Assembly (NCBI GenBank): GCA_965112735.1
Contig: OZ218958.1
Span: forward strand, 186,001-250,000
From: Phaeosaccion multiseriatum
Lineage: Eukaryota; Protista; Ochrophyta, other classes
Length of the DNA: 64,000 bases
Reading direction: 5' to 3'
The position numbers and the translations under genes are program-made. The notes below the pieces were generated by a model. The model saw only the letters and a list, made by a program, of their open reading frames with translations, was not told the DNA's origin and searched no databases. This document shows positions 1-11,503 of the stretch, piece by piece (position 1 is the stretch's first letter; the number at the start of each line of letters is the position of its first letter).

Positions 1-14
1 CTTCGGTCTCTTCG

Positions 15-398
15 ATGGGTACAATACCCATGACCAAGTTGACGAGCGTTTCGAGTTTATCGAGTGTGTTGGAGCCGCGCAGTTCCAGTTCCAGTGGCCT
101 GGGCGTGCATACGGGTAGTAGTCAAAACCTTCATGAGCATGTGGGCGGGGGCGGCGGCATGGGTGGTATGTTCAAGGGAGAGGGAGTAGGAGGAGGAGGA
201 GGAGGAGGAGGGGCGGGGGGGGGGGGGTTGAGCAGCCTGGGGAGCGGCCTCAGCAAGGGAGGGGGTGGAGGCGTGGGGCAGCTGGGCCTGCTCGGTACCG
301 GCCTGTGCTCTCCCTACAGTTCGGATCTCGTCCATAAGTATGGGGGCTTGGGCGCGGGTGCCAACAGCAGCAGTAGTGGTAACAAGAGAAGCGGCAGT

Positions 399-433
<35 letters not shown>

Positions 434-3400
434 GAGTGGCAGTCCTTTGAGCATCGGTATCGGTCGAGAGGAGGCCATTCGGCGGGAGCAGCGCTTCCTC
501 ACCCTCTTCCTACGCTCAGTGGGTCAGCTCCTCGTCTTTGTGGAGCCCTCCGTGCTCGAGACAGCCCTCCAGGAGAGGAACGACGCTAGCGCCCCCGGGG
601 TGACCGCCGCGGCATCAGCTGCCATCCACAACTCGGACCGAGCGGCAGTGTTGGCATCAGCCCTGGCGGTTGGGGCTCTGATTGCTAACGATCGGGCTGC
701 GGACATGTATCACACCGCCGCCAGGACCACCCTCAAGGCCGTGAGCGACAAGCCCACAGAGAACGTGGCCGCCGCGCTGTGCATACTGGCCTTCTTCTGG
801 CAGTACAAGGGTGAGTGGACGGGGAGGAAGGGGGGGTGAGCGAGACAGTGAATGCCTTTTTTGTCTTCTTGTCTTCTTGTGGTAGTATCGGGTTGAGTGG
901 AAAGGAAGGGGGCGTAAGAAAGTAAGTCAGGGGGGGAGTGAGTCTGTGAGTCAGTGAATTGGTGAGGCAGGAAGGGCGTTTGAGTGAGTGAGTCAGTAGG
1001 GGTATGTGAGTGAGTGAGTGAGTGAGTCAGTAGGGGTATGTGAGCGAGTGAGTCTGGCCTTGTACTGGTGCAACACTGTGGCATGACTGTACAAGGATGA
1101 GTGAGTGAGTCAGTGAGGAGACAAAGGGGAGGGAGAGCGCCTTTGTACCCTGTCTCTCCTTCCTTCCTTCCTCCCACTCTTTCACTCCCTCACCTCTCCC
1201 TTCCATCCTTCCCCCTTCCTCTCTCATCCCTCCCTGCCTCCCTCCCTTCCTTCCTTCCTTCCTTCCTCCACTCTCCCCCCCCCCCCCCCCTTCAGGCGAG
1301 GACGATCAGAAGGAAGCTTACCTCGCCAACGCGCGCATGTGCCGCAGCTTGATCGGGGGGGGGCTCTCCTTCTCCCGCAACCTCGCTCTCTGCCTCGAGC
1401 ACCTGGACTACGAGAAGGAGGCCCACGGAGGCCCACGCCCCGCCGACTGCAACCTCTTCTCCTCTCGGCAGCTGGCCCTCCACACCGTGTCCTGCCTGCT
1501 CAATGCTATGAGTGCGCTGATGGACCCCCTGCAAGGGGAAGGTGTGGCGGAGCTGTACACCAGCAAGCTCAAAGAGTGCGGTGACAGGCTCCAAGCCGAG
1601 TCGGGGGGGGCAGGGGATGGAGGAGGAGGAGGAGGAGGAGGAGGAGGAGGAGGGAGGGTGACTGGTTCTTCCTCTCCCCCGGTGGGCTCGGAGCTGCCGC
1701 TGCTGCTGTGTAGGTCGCTCAACTGCTTCACCCTCGTCATGCTCGGTGAGAGCCTCCTCGCTGCACTCAGTTCACTCACTTTGCTTTGCTTTGCTTTGCT
1801 TTGCTTTGCTTTGCTTTGCTTTGCTTTGCTCGGACCTCACCCCTCTGTGTCAAGCGCCCATTCCCAAACCCATCTCTCTCTGTTGTGTAGGCAGAGCAGT
1901 GTATCTCTATCTCTCTTCCCCTCTCTCTCTCTGTTGTGTAGGCAGAGCAGTGGATCTCTATCTCTCTTCCCCTCTCTCTCTCTGTTGTGTAGGCAGAGCA
2001 GTGGATCTCTATCTCTCTTCCCCTCTCTCTCTCTGTTGTGTAGGCAGAGCAGTGGATCTCTATCTCTCTTCCCCTCTCTCTCTCTGTTGTGTAGGCAGAG
2101 CAGTGGATCTCTATCTCTCTTCCCCTCTCTCTCTCTGTTGTGTAGGCAGAGCAGTGGATCTCTATCTCTCTTCCCCTCTCTCTCTCTGTTGTGTAGGCAG
2201 AGCAGTGGATCTCTATCTCTCTTCCCTCTCTCTCTCTGTTGTGTAGGCAGAGCAGTGGATCTCTATCTCTCTTCCCCTCTCTCTCTCTGTTGTGTAGGCA
2301 GAGCAGTGGATCTCTATCTCTCTTCCCCTCTCTCTCTCTGTTGTGTAGGCAGAGCAGTGGATCTCTATCTCTCTTCCCCTCTCTCTCTCTGTTGTGTAGG
2401 CAGAGCAGTGGATCTCTATCTCTCTTCCCCTCTCTCTCTCTGTTGTGTAGGCAGAGCAGTGGATCTCTATCTCTCTTCCCCTCTCTCTCTCTGTTGTGTA
2501 GGCAGAGCAGTGGATCTCTATCTCTCTTCCCCTCTCTCTCTCTCTCTGTTGTGTAGGCAGAGCAGAGGATCTCTATCTCTCTTCCCCTCTCTCTCTCTGT
2601 TGTGTAGGCAGAGCAGTGGATCTCTATCTCTCTTCCCCTCTCTCTCTCTGTTGTGTAGGCAGAGCAGTGGATCTCTATCTCTCTTCCCCCCTCTCTCTCT
2701 GTTGTCGCTCTGGTGTGCGCCGCTCTCCATTCATTCCGATGCGATGTCATGTCTTGTTCTGTCCGAGGTGTCCTGTAACTGTAACAAGCAAGGTTCCTTC
2801 CTTGTCGTCGTCTCCAGCAAGGCATGCCCTTCCGTCCTTCCTTCCTTCCACTCAAGCACCGCTGTCCTCCTCCTCCTCCTCCTCCTCCTCCCACCCCCAC
2901 CCCCCATTCTATATCACCAACAGGCCGACGAGCCGAGGCCTGCGCCATGCTCTCTCAAGTGGCATCGATCCTCGAAGCGTGCCCACTTGTGGCCAAGGCC
3001 ATGCCTCTGAGCTGGGACGCCACCCTCATCGCTGCCACCCTCTCCTTCCTCCTCGGAGAAACAGAGGCCTATGCACGTATATCTCGTCTGGTGGAGCAGG
3101 CACAGAACACTTCAGCGGCGACCCAGTGGACCTGCCGCCTGCCTGCTGACAAGACGCCCGTGGGGTCTTACCTGAACCACATGTGCCTCTCTTCCAGCAA
3201 CATTTGCAGCATCATTTGCATGGTGGGTAGAGAGACAAGCTGCGGCACCGTAAGCTTCTTCGCCGCCACTCACTTCGGCGGCGGCAGGCAGCAGCAGCAG
3301 CAGCAGCGGCAGTCGGCGTCTCCTTCATCTCGGGGAGGGAACGGGGATGGAGCCGAGGATGGCAAACTGAAACTCGCACTCAGTCTCAACTTGGATGAGG

Positions 3401-4763
3401 AGTCTTTCGAAGTGGGAGGGCAGCAGCAGCAGCAGCAGCAGCAGCGCCAGCACGGACATGTCCACCACCGCAGCCACTCGTCGAGCAGCTCGTCCTCGTC
3501 ATGTTCGTCAGCCTCCTCACATGACTCGCACTCCTCGCATCATCATGAGTACCTCTCTCACCACGCTCACCAGCAGCAGCAGCAGCAGTTGGTGATACAG
3601 CAACAGCAGCACGAGCAGCTGCTGGTGAGCGTGGAGGACGACGACGGCACCAACTGTATCACCAATGGCGATATCATGCGGTCGGGGGCACGCAGCTCCA
3701 GCCCAAAACGACGCATGTCTTGCGCTCTGGACGACGGTACAGGGGGTCAGGACTCCGGGCGCTTCGATCACGACCTTGAAGGAGGGGGGGCACAGAGCTT
3801 CTCGCCGAAGAGGCAGCAGCTCACCGATCGATCGGGTGAGTGAGTGAGTGAGTGAGTGAGTGAGGGAGGGAAGGAGCGAGTGGGGAGGCACCGTGCGACT
3901 GGTGTTGCAGCCACTCACCCACTCTCTGGATGCTTTCCTTCCTTCGCGCTCACGGATTATTACTTTTACCATTGCCGTTTCTGTCTCCTCTAAGCGGCAG
4001 CAGGGGCGGGAGGCTTCCACTCAGGAGGGGGTGGAGCAAGCAACGTTGGAGACCACAGCAGCTTCAAAGTGTTCGGCTGGAGCGAAGATGACGACGACGA
4101 GGATGAACAACACCTCGACGTCATGGGAAGAAAGGCCGATGCACGCGGACAAGGCCGAGGGGATGGCAGCCTCCAACACCAACCAACAGGGGCGGAGGAG
4201 GAGGAGGGGGCGGGCACGCTTCACGGCAGAGGCGGGGCGGCGCGTACTCGGGAGAAGGGGACCGACAGGAGCGGAGGGGGTGACGAGACCACCTTCACTC
4301 CGCAGGTGTGTGTGAGGGCAGGAGGGCTTTGGAGGGCATGCTGGAGGGATATGGGGTCCTGGGAGGGGGGTAGAAGGAGGGTAGTTATGGGCTCGATAGG
4401 AGGAATCACCAAAGAAACTGAAAGTGTTGTGTGTGTGTGTGTGTGGGGGGGGGGGGGGCAGGGTAGAGGGGGGGCAGGAGGGCCTCCCTTTGGCGGCCGC
4501 CGATGCATGGAGAGGCATGAAGGAGCAGCGCTTCCCTTCCCCTTGCTGCCCCTGCCCGCCCGGCTGGCCACTAATTCGTCTCGCTCCTCCTTTGCCTCTC
4601 CGCCTATCCTCCTCACTCCCCTCTCTGTAGCAAATGCGCACATTCAGTCTACAGAGCATGCGGGAGGTGCTTGCCCTTGAACATCAAAAGGAGATGGACG
4701 AGCAGCGAGCAGCAGCAGAAGGTGGTGATACGGCAGCAGCCGCAGCAGCAGCAGCAGCAGCAG

Positions 4764-4794
<31 letters not shown>

Positions 4795-5635
4795 TTCTTC
4801 TTCTTCTTCTTCTTCAGCAGATGGTGATACAGCAGACCTCGAAGGAGATAGCTTCGCCGCGAGTGCCCGCCGCGTGACCATCAACACTCGCGTCAAGCCC
4901 ACCCCCCACGCGTCTAACTCCACCTCGCCCTCCTCGGCACCCTCCTCCGGAGCGGACGCCGCTCTGAGTTTGGGGGACATGTCACACATCACTTCTTCCT
5001 CTTCCTCCCCATCATCATCCACTGCCATCTCTTCGCCGTCTGTGGCAGACTTCGCCAAGGCCGCGAGTGGGAGGACAGTGTCCGTGAAGCTGGAGCCATC
5101 GCTGCAGCACCCCTCCGCCTCTTCGTCGTCATCAGAAGCAGCAGAAGCATCAGCATCAGTACCGTCGTCGTCGTCTTCTCCTTCTTGCTCGCTCCCCGTT
5201 CCTTCACCTCAACCAAGCAGCACCAGCACGAAGACTTCGTCTGCCTCAGCCGCGAGCAGCACCAGTGGCGGTACATCCATGGGTACTCCACAGCTGAACC
5301 GCTTGCTAAAGCACTCGAGCAGTTTCATGCGCCAGCGCAGCCTCGGTAGTCACCGCTCCAGCAACAACATCACCGGCCACGGGCATGGACCGGGCGGCTC
5401 CAGCAAGGAGAACGAATCCTCCATGTCGTCCCTTTTCGGCATGCTTGACGACCAAGACTTGCTCAACGTGCTGGACGATTGGGATGTTGGGGAGAGCGGG
5501 TTGAACGCCACCCTCGAGGCCGTGGGAGCAGAGGAGGAGGAGGATGGGGACGAGGAGGGCCTGCCACGGCCCCCGGGGGGGGCTCACTCTGATCTTGTGG
5601 GGGCGGGGGAGGACAGTGAGCTCAAGGTGCTATAG
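15..5635 (+). CDS. 5'-partial multi-exon low-complexity protein; possibly a Zn2Cys6/fungal-type transcription factor (middle homology region)
   Basis: Phase-consistent GT-AG exons <15-810, 1296-1745, 2924-3835, 3995-4305, 4631-5635 (TAG). Helical region AVLASALAVGALI...ADMYHTAARTTL...PTENVAAALCILAFFW loosely resembles Fungal_trans-type regions; poly-S/Q/G tracts and an acidic C-terminal patch (FGMLDDQDLLNVLDDWD). No DNA-binding domain lies inside the window, so the product is inference. Confidence 0.6.
1873..2704. repeat. Intronic minisatellite, ~51-bp unit, about 16 copies
   Basis: Unit tctctctctctgttgtgtaggcagagcagtggatctctatctctcttcccc; gttgtgtagg recurs at 1882, 1933, 1984, 2035 and onward; lies inside intron 1746-2923. 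Confidence 0.95.
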
Positions 5636-5677
5636 TAGGGCAGTTGGTGGTACGGAGCAGAGCAGAGGAGCACCACA

Positions 5678-5769
5678 TCAACAACCACGACAACATCGAC
5701 GACAACAACGACACAACGACGACGGCAACATCATCCACAACAACAACGATCACGACGACGACGACGACG

Positions 5770-5805
<36 letters not shown>

Positions 5806-5834
5806 GCAGCAGCAGCAACAACAACAACAACAGC

Positions 5835-5898
<64 letters not shown>

Positions 5899-5962
5899 GC
5901 AGAAGCAGCAGCAGCAACACCCAAAACGAAAAAAAAGAAAACAACAACAATATCAACAACAA
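5678..5962. repeat. (CAA)n/(CGA)n/(CAG)n compound microsatellite downstream of the stop codon
   Basis: Long acaacaaca run read directly from the sequence. Confidence 0.95.
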
Positions 5963-6675
5963 CGTCCAAGGGTGCCGAATCATCTCGGAGAGTCGGAACG
6001 GCTCTGCTTCTGCCCATGTGCTTCTGCCATGTGTTTTCTACTGCTTCTGGGCAATGGAGGGCATGCATGGAGACAAAAAGCAGCTAGGATTGTAGGATAG
6101 GATTATGGGAGGGAGGGGGGAGGGAAGAGGGAAGAGGGAAGAGGGGGTTTCAGTGCCGAAGGGCTGGGCTTGTCTTGTCTCCCCTTGTGCAGAGGAGTGA
6201 ACGAGGCCTTGGGCTTGCCTGAGAGCTTGCCCGCCTTTCACGGCCTGTCACCACCTGTCATTGCCTGTCACGGGCCTGTCGGGAGAACAGTACAGCGACA
6301 GTACAGCGACAGTGCAGCGGTACATAGCGATGGTGCGTCTTTCCCTCGCACGGAATTGAGTGGGCGAGGCACTGCCCACTGACTTACTACTGCCCACTGA
6401 CTTACTTGGATTGCATGGGGCAGGGGAGGGGAAGGGGTTCATGTGTGCTGCATCTCTAGAGTAGGGGAGGAGGGAGGGAGGGAGGGAGGGAGACCGGGCA
6501 AGGTAAAGGAATTGGGTCCAGACGACGAGATGAGCGCGAGCCGAGCAATGACAGAGTAATGACAAGCTCTGAAGGGAAGGGGTGCTTCGCTGCTGCCGTG
6601 TGTGTCGATCCAGCCATGTTTGTGTTGTTTGTCAGCCCGGAGCAGGCTCCAAACTCCGTGTGTGTATGTGTGTGT

Positions 6676-6727
<52 letters not shown>

Positions 6728-7084
6728 TTTCTACGTTGGTATGTATGTGTGGACTGGTGGTCGGGAAGACGGGTGCCAAGTCATCAAAGGCACTAATTAT
6801 GAGTCAAAGTGCAAGATAATTATTAAAAAAACTAAAAGTAAGATAGGTAAATACAGAGCGAAACGAAACTGCAGCACGGCACCCTTTACATATTTCTCTC
6901 TCATGTGATGAGAGACAAGAGCAGAGGGCCCTTGTCCGTGTCCAATGCTTTACTCCAGTGCTTTACTCCAGCGCTCTGTCGTCGGCTGCGATGGCCCCCT
7001 CGCATCGAAGCCTCAGGACATCCGAACGCCCCGCCCGCATCAAGGCAGTAGCAGGCTCTGCAGCAGGCTCTACCCTTCCTTGAC

Positions 7085-9389
7085 TTAGGAGGAAGCGGCC
7101 CTACCCTTGGCAAGGGCCTTGACGGTGGCGCCGAAGGTCTTTCCGTGGTGCACGGCAAGCTTCTTCTCAAGCTCAGAGGGCATGCGGCTCCCGTCGGGGC
7201 CGGCGAATGTTCCTGAGGGGTTCGGTAAGTGGTGAGGCAGGAGGGAGGGAGGGAGGGAGGGAGGGAGGGAGGAGGCAGGTTGTCGGCGGGGTGGGGGGGT
7301 GAGGGAGGGAGTGGTGAGGCAGTGAGGGAGTTGCCTTTGGGTTGAGTGAGGGGGTGGGGCAGTGAGGGAGTGTGTTGACTGACTGACTGACTGACTGACT
7401 GACTGACTGACTGACCTGATCCGTATGCCGACCCGCCGTGAACCTCCTCCATGTTCAGGGAGTCGGGGCAGCCGTAGCCCATGGGCACGAAAATCATGCC
7501 TGAGAGAGAGGCACACGGGCAAACGCACACACAGAGAGAGAGAGAAAGAGAGAGAGGGAGAGAGAGAGAGAAAAAGAGTAGAGACAGAGAAAGAGAGAGG
7601 GGGAGAGGGATAAGAGAGAACGAAAGAGAGAGAAAGAGAGTAAGCAGGGCCAGCGAAACACGCCATCTATGCCACTTCCGGTCACGTCTGTCTGCTCTGC
7701 TTTGTATCACCAACGCCTCTACTTTGCTCTGCTCTGCATCACCTTGGTGCGAGAGCTGGGTGATCCATGTCAGCGCCGTCGTCTCCTGCCCCCCTCCTTG
7801 GGAACCCGTGGCTGAGGATAGTGGTATGGGTACACGTAGAGAGAGAGACAGACAGGGAGAGGGGGGAAGGAGATAAAGGATAAGAGAGAGACAGAGGGAG
7901 AGAGAGGGAGGGAGGGGGAGAGAGAGAGAGAGAGGGAGGGAGAGAGAGAGAGGGAGGGAGGGCGAGAGAGAAAGAAAGCATAACAAGATTAGAGAGAGAG
8001 ACAAGAGAGAAGATACGGGAGAGAGAGACAGAAAGGGGGAGGATGAAGCAGTCGGGGTTTGCACTCTTCTCAAAGGCCAAGACAAAAGAGGGGAGGGGAG
8101 GGGAGGGGAGGGAAGGTTGTTCCGAGGTAGATGAGGTACATGGGGTAAAAGAATCTCAAGAATCACTGAAGTATCACGCACGCTCACACGACATGCCCAG
8201 ACTTACAGAAGAAGATGCCTGCAGGCTTGCCAATCAGTGCCCCCTTCATCCAGTGCCCCCCGGTGGAGTCCTGCAGGGAAGGAAGGCAGGCAGGGGGGTA
8301 CAGAGGGGGAGAGAAAGGCATGCGGCCACAGGGAGAGAGGGAGAAAGGGAGGATGAGAGAGAGAGAGAGAAGAGGGGGTCGAGGAAGAAAGGAAAGGCGG
8401 GGGGGGACAAAATCAGGCCTATCCAGCTGTCTGCCCACCCATCTATTGCTCAATTGCCCTTACCCAGAAGGCCTTCATCTGAGCCGCGGCCATGCCGAAT
8501 CGCGTGGGAATGCCGAACATGATGCCGTCGTACTCTGTGAGCGCCGCCGCTGTCGCCACGGGGATCGACTCATCGGCGGCAGGAGCCCCCCTGAGTGTGT
8601 GTGCGTGTGTGTGAGTGTGAGTGTGTGTGTGTGTGCGTGCGTGTGTGTGTGGGCGGGGGGCGGTGTTGTCCATTGCGAGGACAGGGCATAGTGGGGAGGG
8701 AGGTGGAGGGGGTGAGAGAGGAACAAGGACATGAAATGGGCAGAGAGAGAGAACGAGAATAAGACAAGAAAGAGAGAGACACTAGAGAGGAGAGATAGAA
8801 GAGCTGGTGTCTCTTTCAGCTCACTCACATCTTCGCGAGCACCTCTGCGGGCAGCGTCTCAGGCACGCGCATGAGAGTTGCCTCCACATCTCCCTCCTCA
8901 GCAAAGCCTTTGACGATCTCGTCCGCCATGGTCTTGACATGGCCGTACATGGAGTCTGAGGAGGGGGGGGGGCGAGGGAGGGAGGGGAGACGGGGGACGG
9001 GGTGAGGGCGCCCGGACAAGAGCAGTAGTGGATAAGAAAGTGGCGTATGCTCGTCTTAAGTCTGCTGCCCTCATCCCCTTCCCCCGGTCGTCTGAGGAAC
9101 CGAGCCCCTCTGTGCCTGACGTACAGTAAAGGACGAGACTGCGAGACGCACAGAGCATATAGCAGAGAAGCAGGGGGGGGGGAAAAGGGAACAAGGGGTG
9201 GGGGTGGGAAAGCAGAGGGAAGGGAAGAGACCGATCAGTCATGGTGAGAATGGGGTTGGGGCTCCTTCAACTACACACTCCGCCTACTGGGGTGTACGAA
9301 TGCCCCTCATCCCCTCCTCCTCCTCTCCTTATTGCCCATACAATCAATCCGTTAAATCAAGGATCCAAGCGCACTTACATCTTGACCAT
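7085..9389 (-). CDS. wrbA: NAD(P)H:quinone oxidoreductase, flavodoxin-like WrbA/FQR1 family, 8 exons
   Basis: Exons 9389-9379, 9138-9125, 8955-8829, 8590-8464, 8270-8207, 7811-7743, 7499-7416, 7212-7085 splice to MVKILVLYYSMYGHV...YDGIMFGIPTRFG...QMKAFWDSTGGHW...GKPAGIFFSTGSQGGGQETT...GGSAYGSGTFAGPDGSRMPS; all are WrbA signature motifs. Confidence 0.95.
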
Positions 9390-9629
9390 CTTGGACGTGC
9401 TTATCGACGGAGAAGCTCGGGATTGTGCGGGAATGGAGAGTGGGTTGTGGGAGGGCGTGTAGTGGGCGTTCCGGCGGGTAGTGCGGCGAGTAGCTGGGGG
9501 TTAGGGGCTGGCGGGAGGAAGCAGACGAAGTGCAGAAAAGTGCACCAGTTTCAGTTTTAATTTATCTATCGTATCTTCTTTTCTTCTTTCCTTTTTTTTT
9601 GCAATTTTAAAGTACGCCAAATGCAACAC

Positions 9630-9960
9630 TGCGTCAAAGTGCGTCAAAGGGCGTCAAAGGGCGTCAAAGTGCGTCAAAGTGGGTCAAACAGGGGTTCGAA
9701 GGGGTCAATCAGGGGTTCAAACGTTGGCAAAAGGAATCGTCAATTGGCGTCAAATAATAATCACGGGGCGTCAAAACGTCAAAAGTGCCACTCAACCGCG
9801 AAATCACAGAAATTAACAATTTTAATTGATAATTAATTTATTAATTACTGTGATTTCGCGGTTGATTGGCACATTTGACGCCCCCCCCCCCCTCGAAGTA
9901 ATCGTCACTTGGCGTCAACAAAAATCAAGGGGCGTCAAAAGTCAAAAGTGCCAATCACCG
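9630..9960. repeat. GCGTCAAA-rich repeat containing a ~40-bp inverted repeat; partial copy at 42165-42290; probable TE remnant
   Basis: Tandem gcgtcaaag units at 9630-9690; arm 9777-9819 (cgtcaaaagtgccactcaaccgcgaaatcacag) pairs with 9838-9880 (ctgtgatttcgcggttgattggcacatttgacg). Confidence 0.7.
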
Positions 9961-10546
9961 TCTTTCTCCGTGCTCTACAATGTAGCTCTACGGTTCAAAG
10001 TTCCACGGCGCAGCTCTGCTCTAGTTTACAAAAGAGACCACATGGCCTGTTTGTGTATTCTTTATGTGTTTTTGACGACGAGATTCCTGTAAGTGTTTTT
10101 CACACCCCCCCCCCCCCTGCCCCCTCGATACTTTTCCCCACTCTATTTCTCCCCTTTTACTCCCGAATACTCGACAACGATGCAAGCTGCCAAGCTGTTG
10201 ACGAAGTACTTGAGCAGTGGCACGAGCACCCGTGGCCTCCACTTCCTTGACGCACAGCGCGCTCCTCCTTTCCAAGCTCGATGGTGCTTCGCCTCGCCTG
10301 AAAGGATTGGCCGGACTGCAGCTGGTGCGTGTGTCGTGATGTCGCCATGAGCTCTTGCGTGGGAAAAGAGACAGGGAACACTGGAGGGAGGGAGGGAGGG
10401 AGGGGGGGAGGGAGGAAGGGGAGGGAGAAAGGGAGGAATAGAGGGAGGGGAGGGTGTGAGTGAGTGAGTGAGTGAGGGAGGGAGGGAGGGAAGAGAGGGA
10501 AGGAGTCGGAGGGAAGGAGGGAGGGAAGGAGGGAGGGAGGGAGGGA

Positions 10547-10740
10547 TTCGGTCCCTGACAAGGTTCTGAGGCGACCCAGGCCAGAAGCTGGAACCTGGCC
10601 CGCTGGCGAGGCTTGGCAGAGCGGCCTTGGCCCTCATCATTGCCTTATTACATGGCTTTCCCCCAGAACTTGGAACCTGGCCGGCTGGCGCCGCCATGGC
10701 CTTGTCGCTTGGTCGCCTCAGAACCTTGTCAGGGGCCGAA
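10547..10740. mobile_element. 194-bp MITE with 30-bp TIRs, inserted in a (GGGA)n microsatellite
   Basis: Left ttcggtccctgacaaggttctgaggcgacc and right ggtcgcctcagaaccttgtcaggggccgaa (1 mismatch); GGGA on both flanks. Confidence 0.85.
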
Positions 10741-11503
10741 GGGAGGGAGGGAGGGAGGGAGGGAGGGAGGGTGTGAGTGAGTGAGTGAGTGAGTCGTTGA
10801 GGGGGAGGGAGTCAGTGAGGGGGGGAAGGGAGGGAGGAGGGTGGGAGGGAGGAAGTGAGGGAGTGAGTGCCGATGAGTGAGTGAGTGAGTGAAGTAGGGA
10901 GTGAGTGAGTGAGTGAGTGAGTGAGGGAGGCTAACAGAGGGAGGAAGGGCACACACACATACACGCTCAGCCACAGCCCCACACGCACACACACACCACC
11001 ACCACCACCACACACAAACATGCGCGCGCGCACGCAAGTACAGGGGTGCAAAGAATTTGAGAGCGCAGCACCCCAGGCTCCCAGGCAAGGCTAAGCTCGA
11101 GGGGTTGAATGTCTCCATTCAAGAGGGGCTGAATGTCTATTGACTGTTTCCATTCAACTGCACATATAACATGACGCAGGGTCAGAAACAAAAGCGCACC
11201 CCAGTTGAGACTCTCGCGCTGAAGAAAGCAGGAGTTGAAGAGAGAATAAGATAAAGAAAGTAAAATATTGTTTCTTACAAAGGGGGTAGAGCAGGTGAGG
11301 AGGCCGACAGTTCAGTTGAAAGGGGGCCACGCACGCACCCAATCCGACCGGTCGTGCCTCAACAGGCTGTCAAATACTTATTCTATCAAAATAAAAATAA
11401 TATTATTAATTTCTGTTCTACTTCCACTCCTCTCGAACCCCTCCCCCACCTATTCAACACAGCAAAGTGTGTTGTCGCGAGCATCATCACAAACACTCTA
11501 ACA

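Noticed and set aside
1776-2948. Long repetitive ORFs on both strands and a CRISPR-like look
   Set aside because: Tandem minisatellite with no unique spacers, inside an intron; eukaryotic context with no cas genes.
5544-6095. Poly-N/T/V/L ORFs
   Set aside because: Translations of the (CAA)n microsatellite.
6901-8187. 428-aa ORF
   Set aside because: Read-through of (CT)n introns linking two real wrbA exons.
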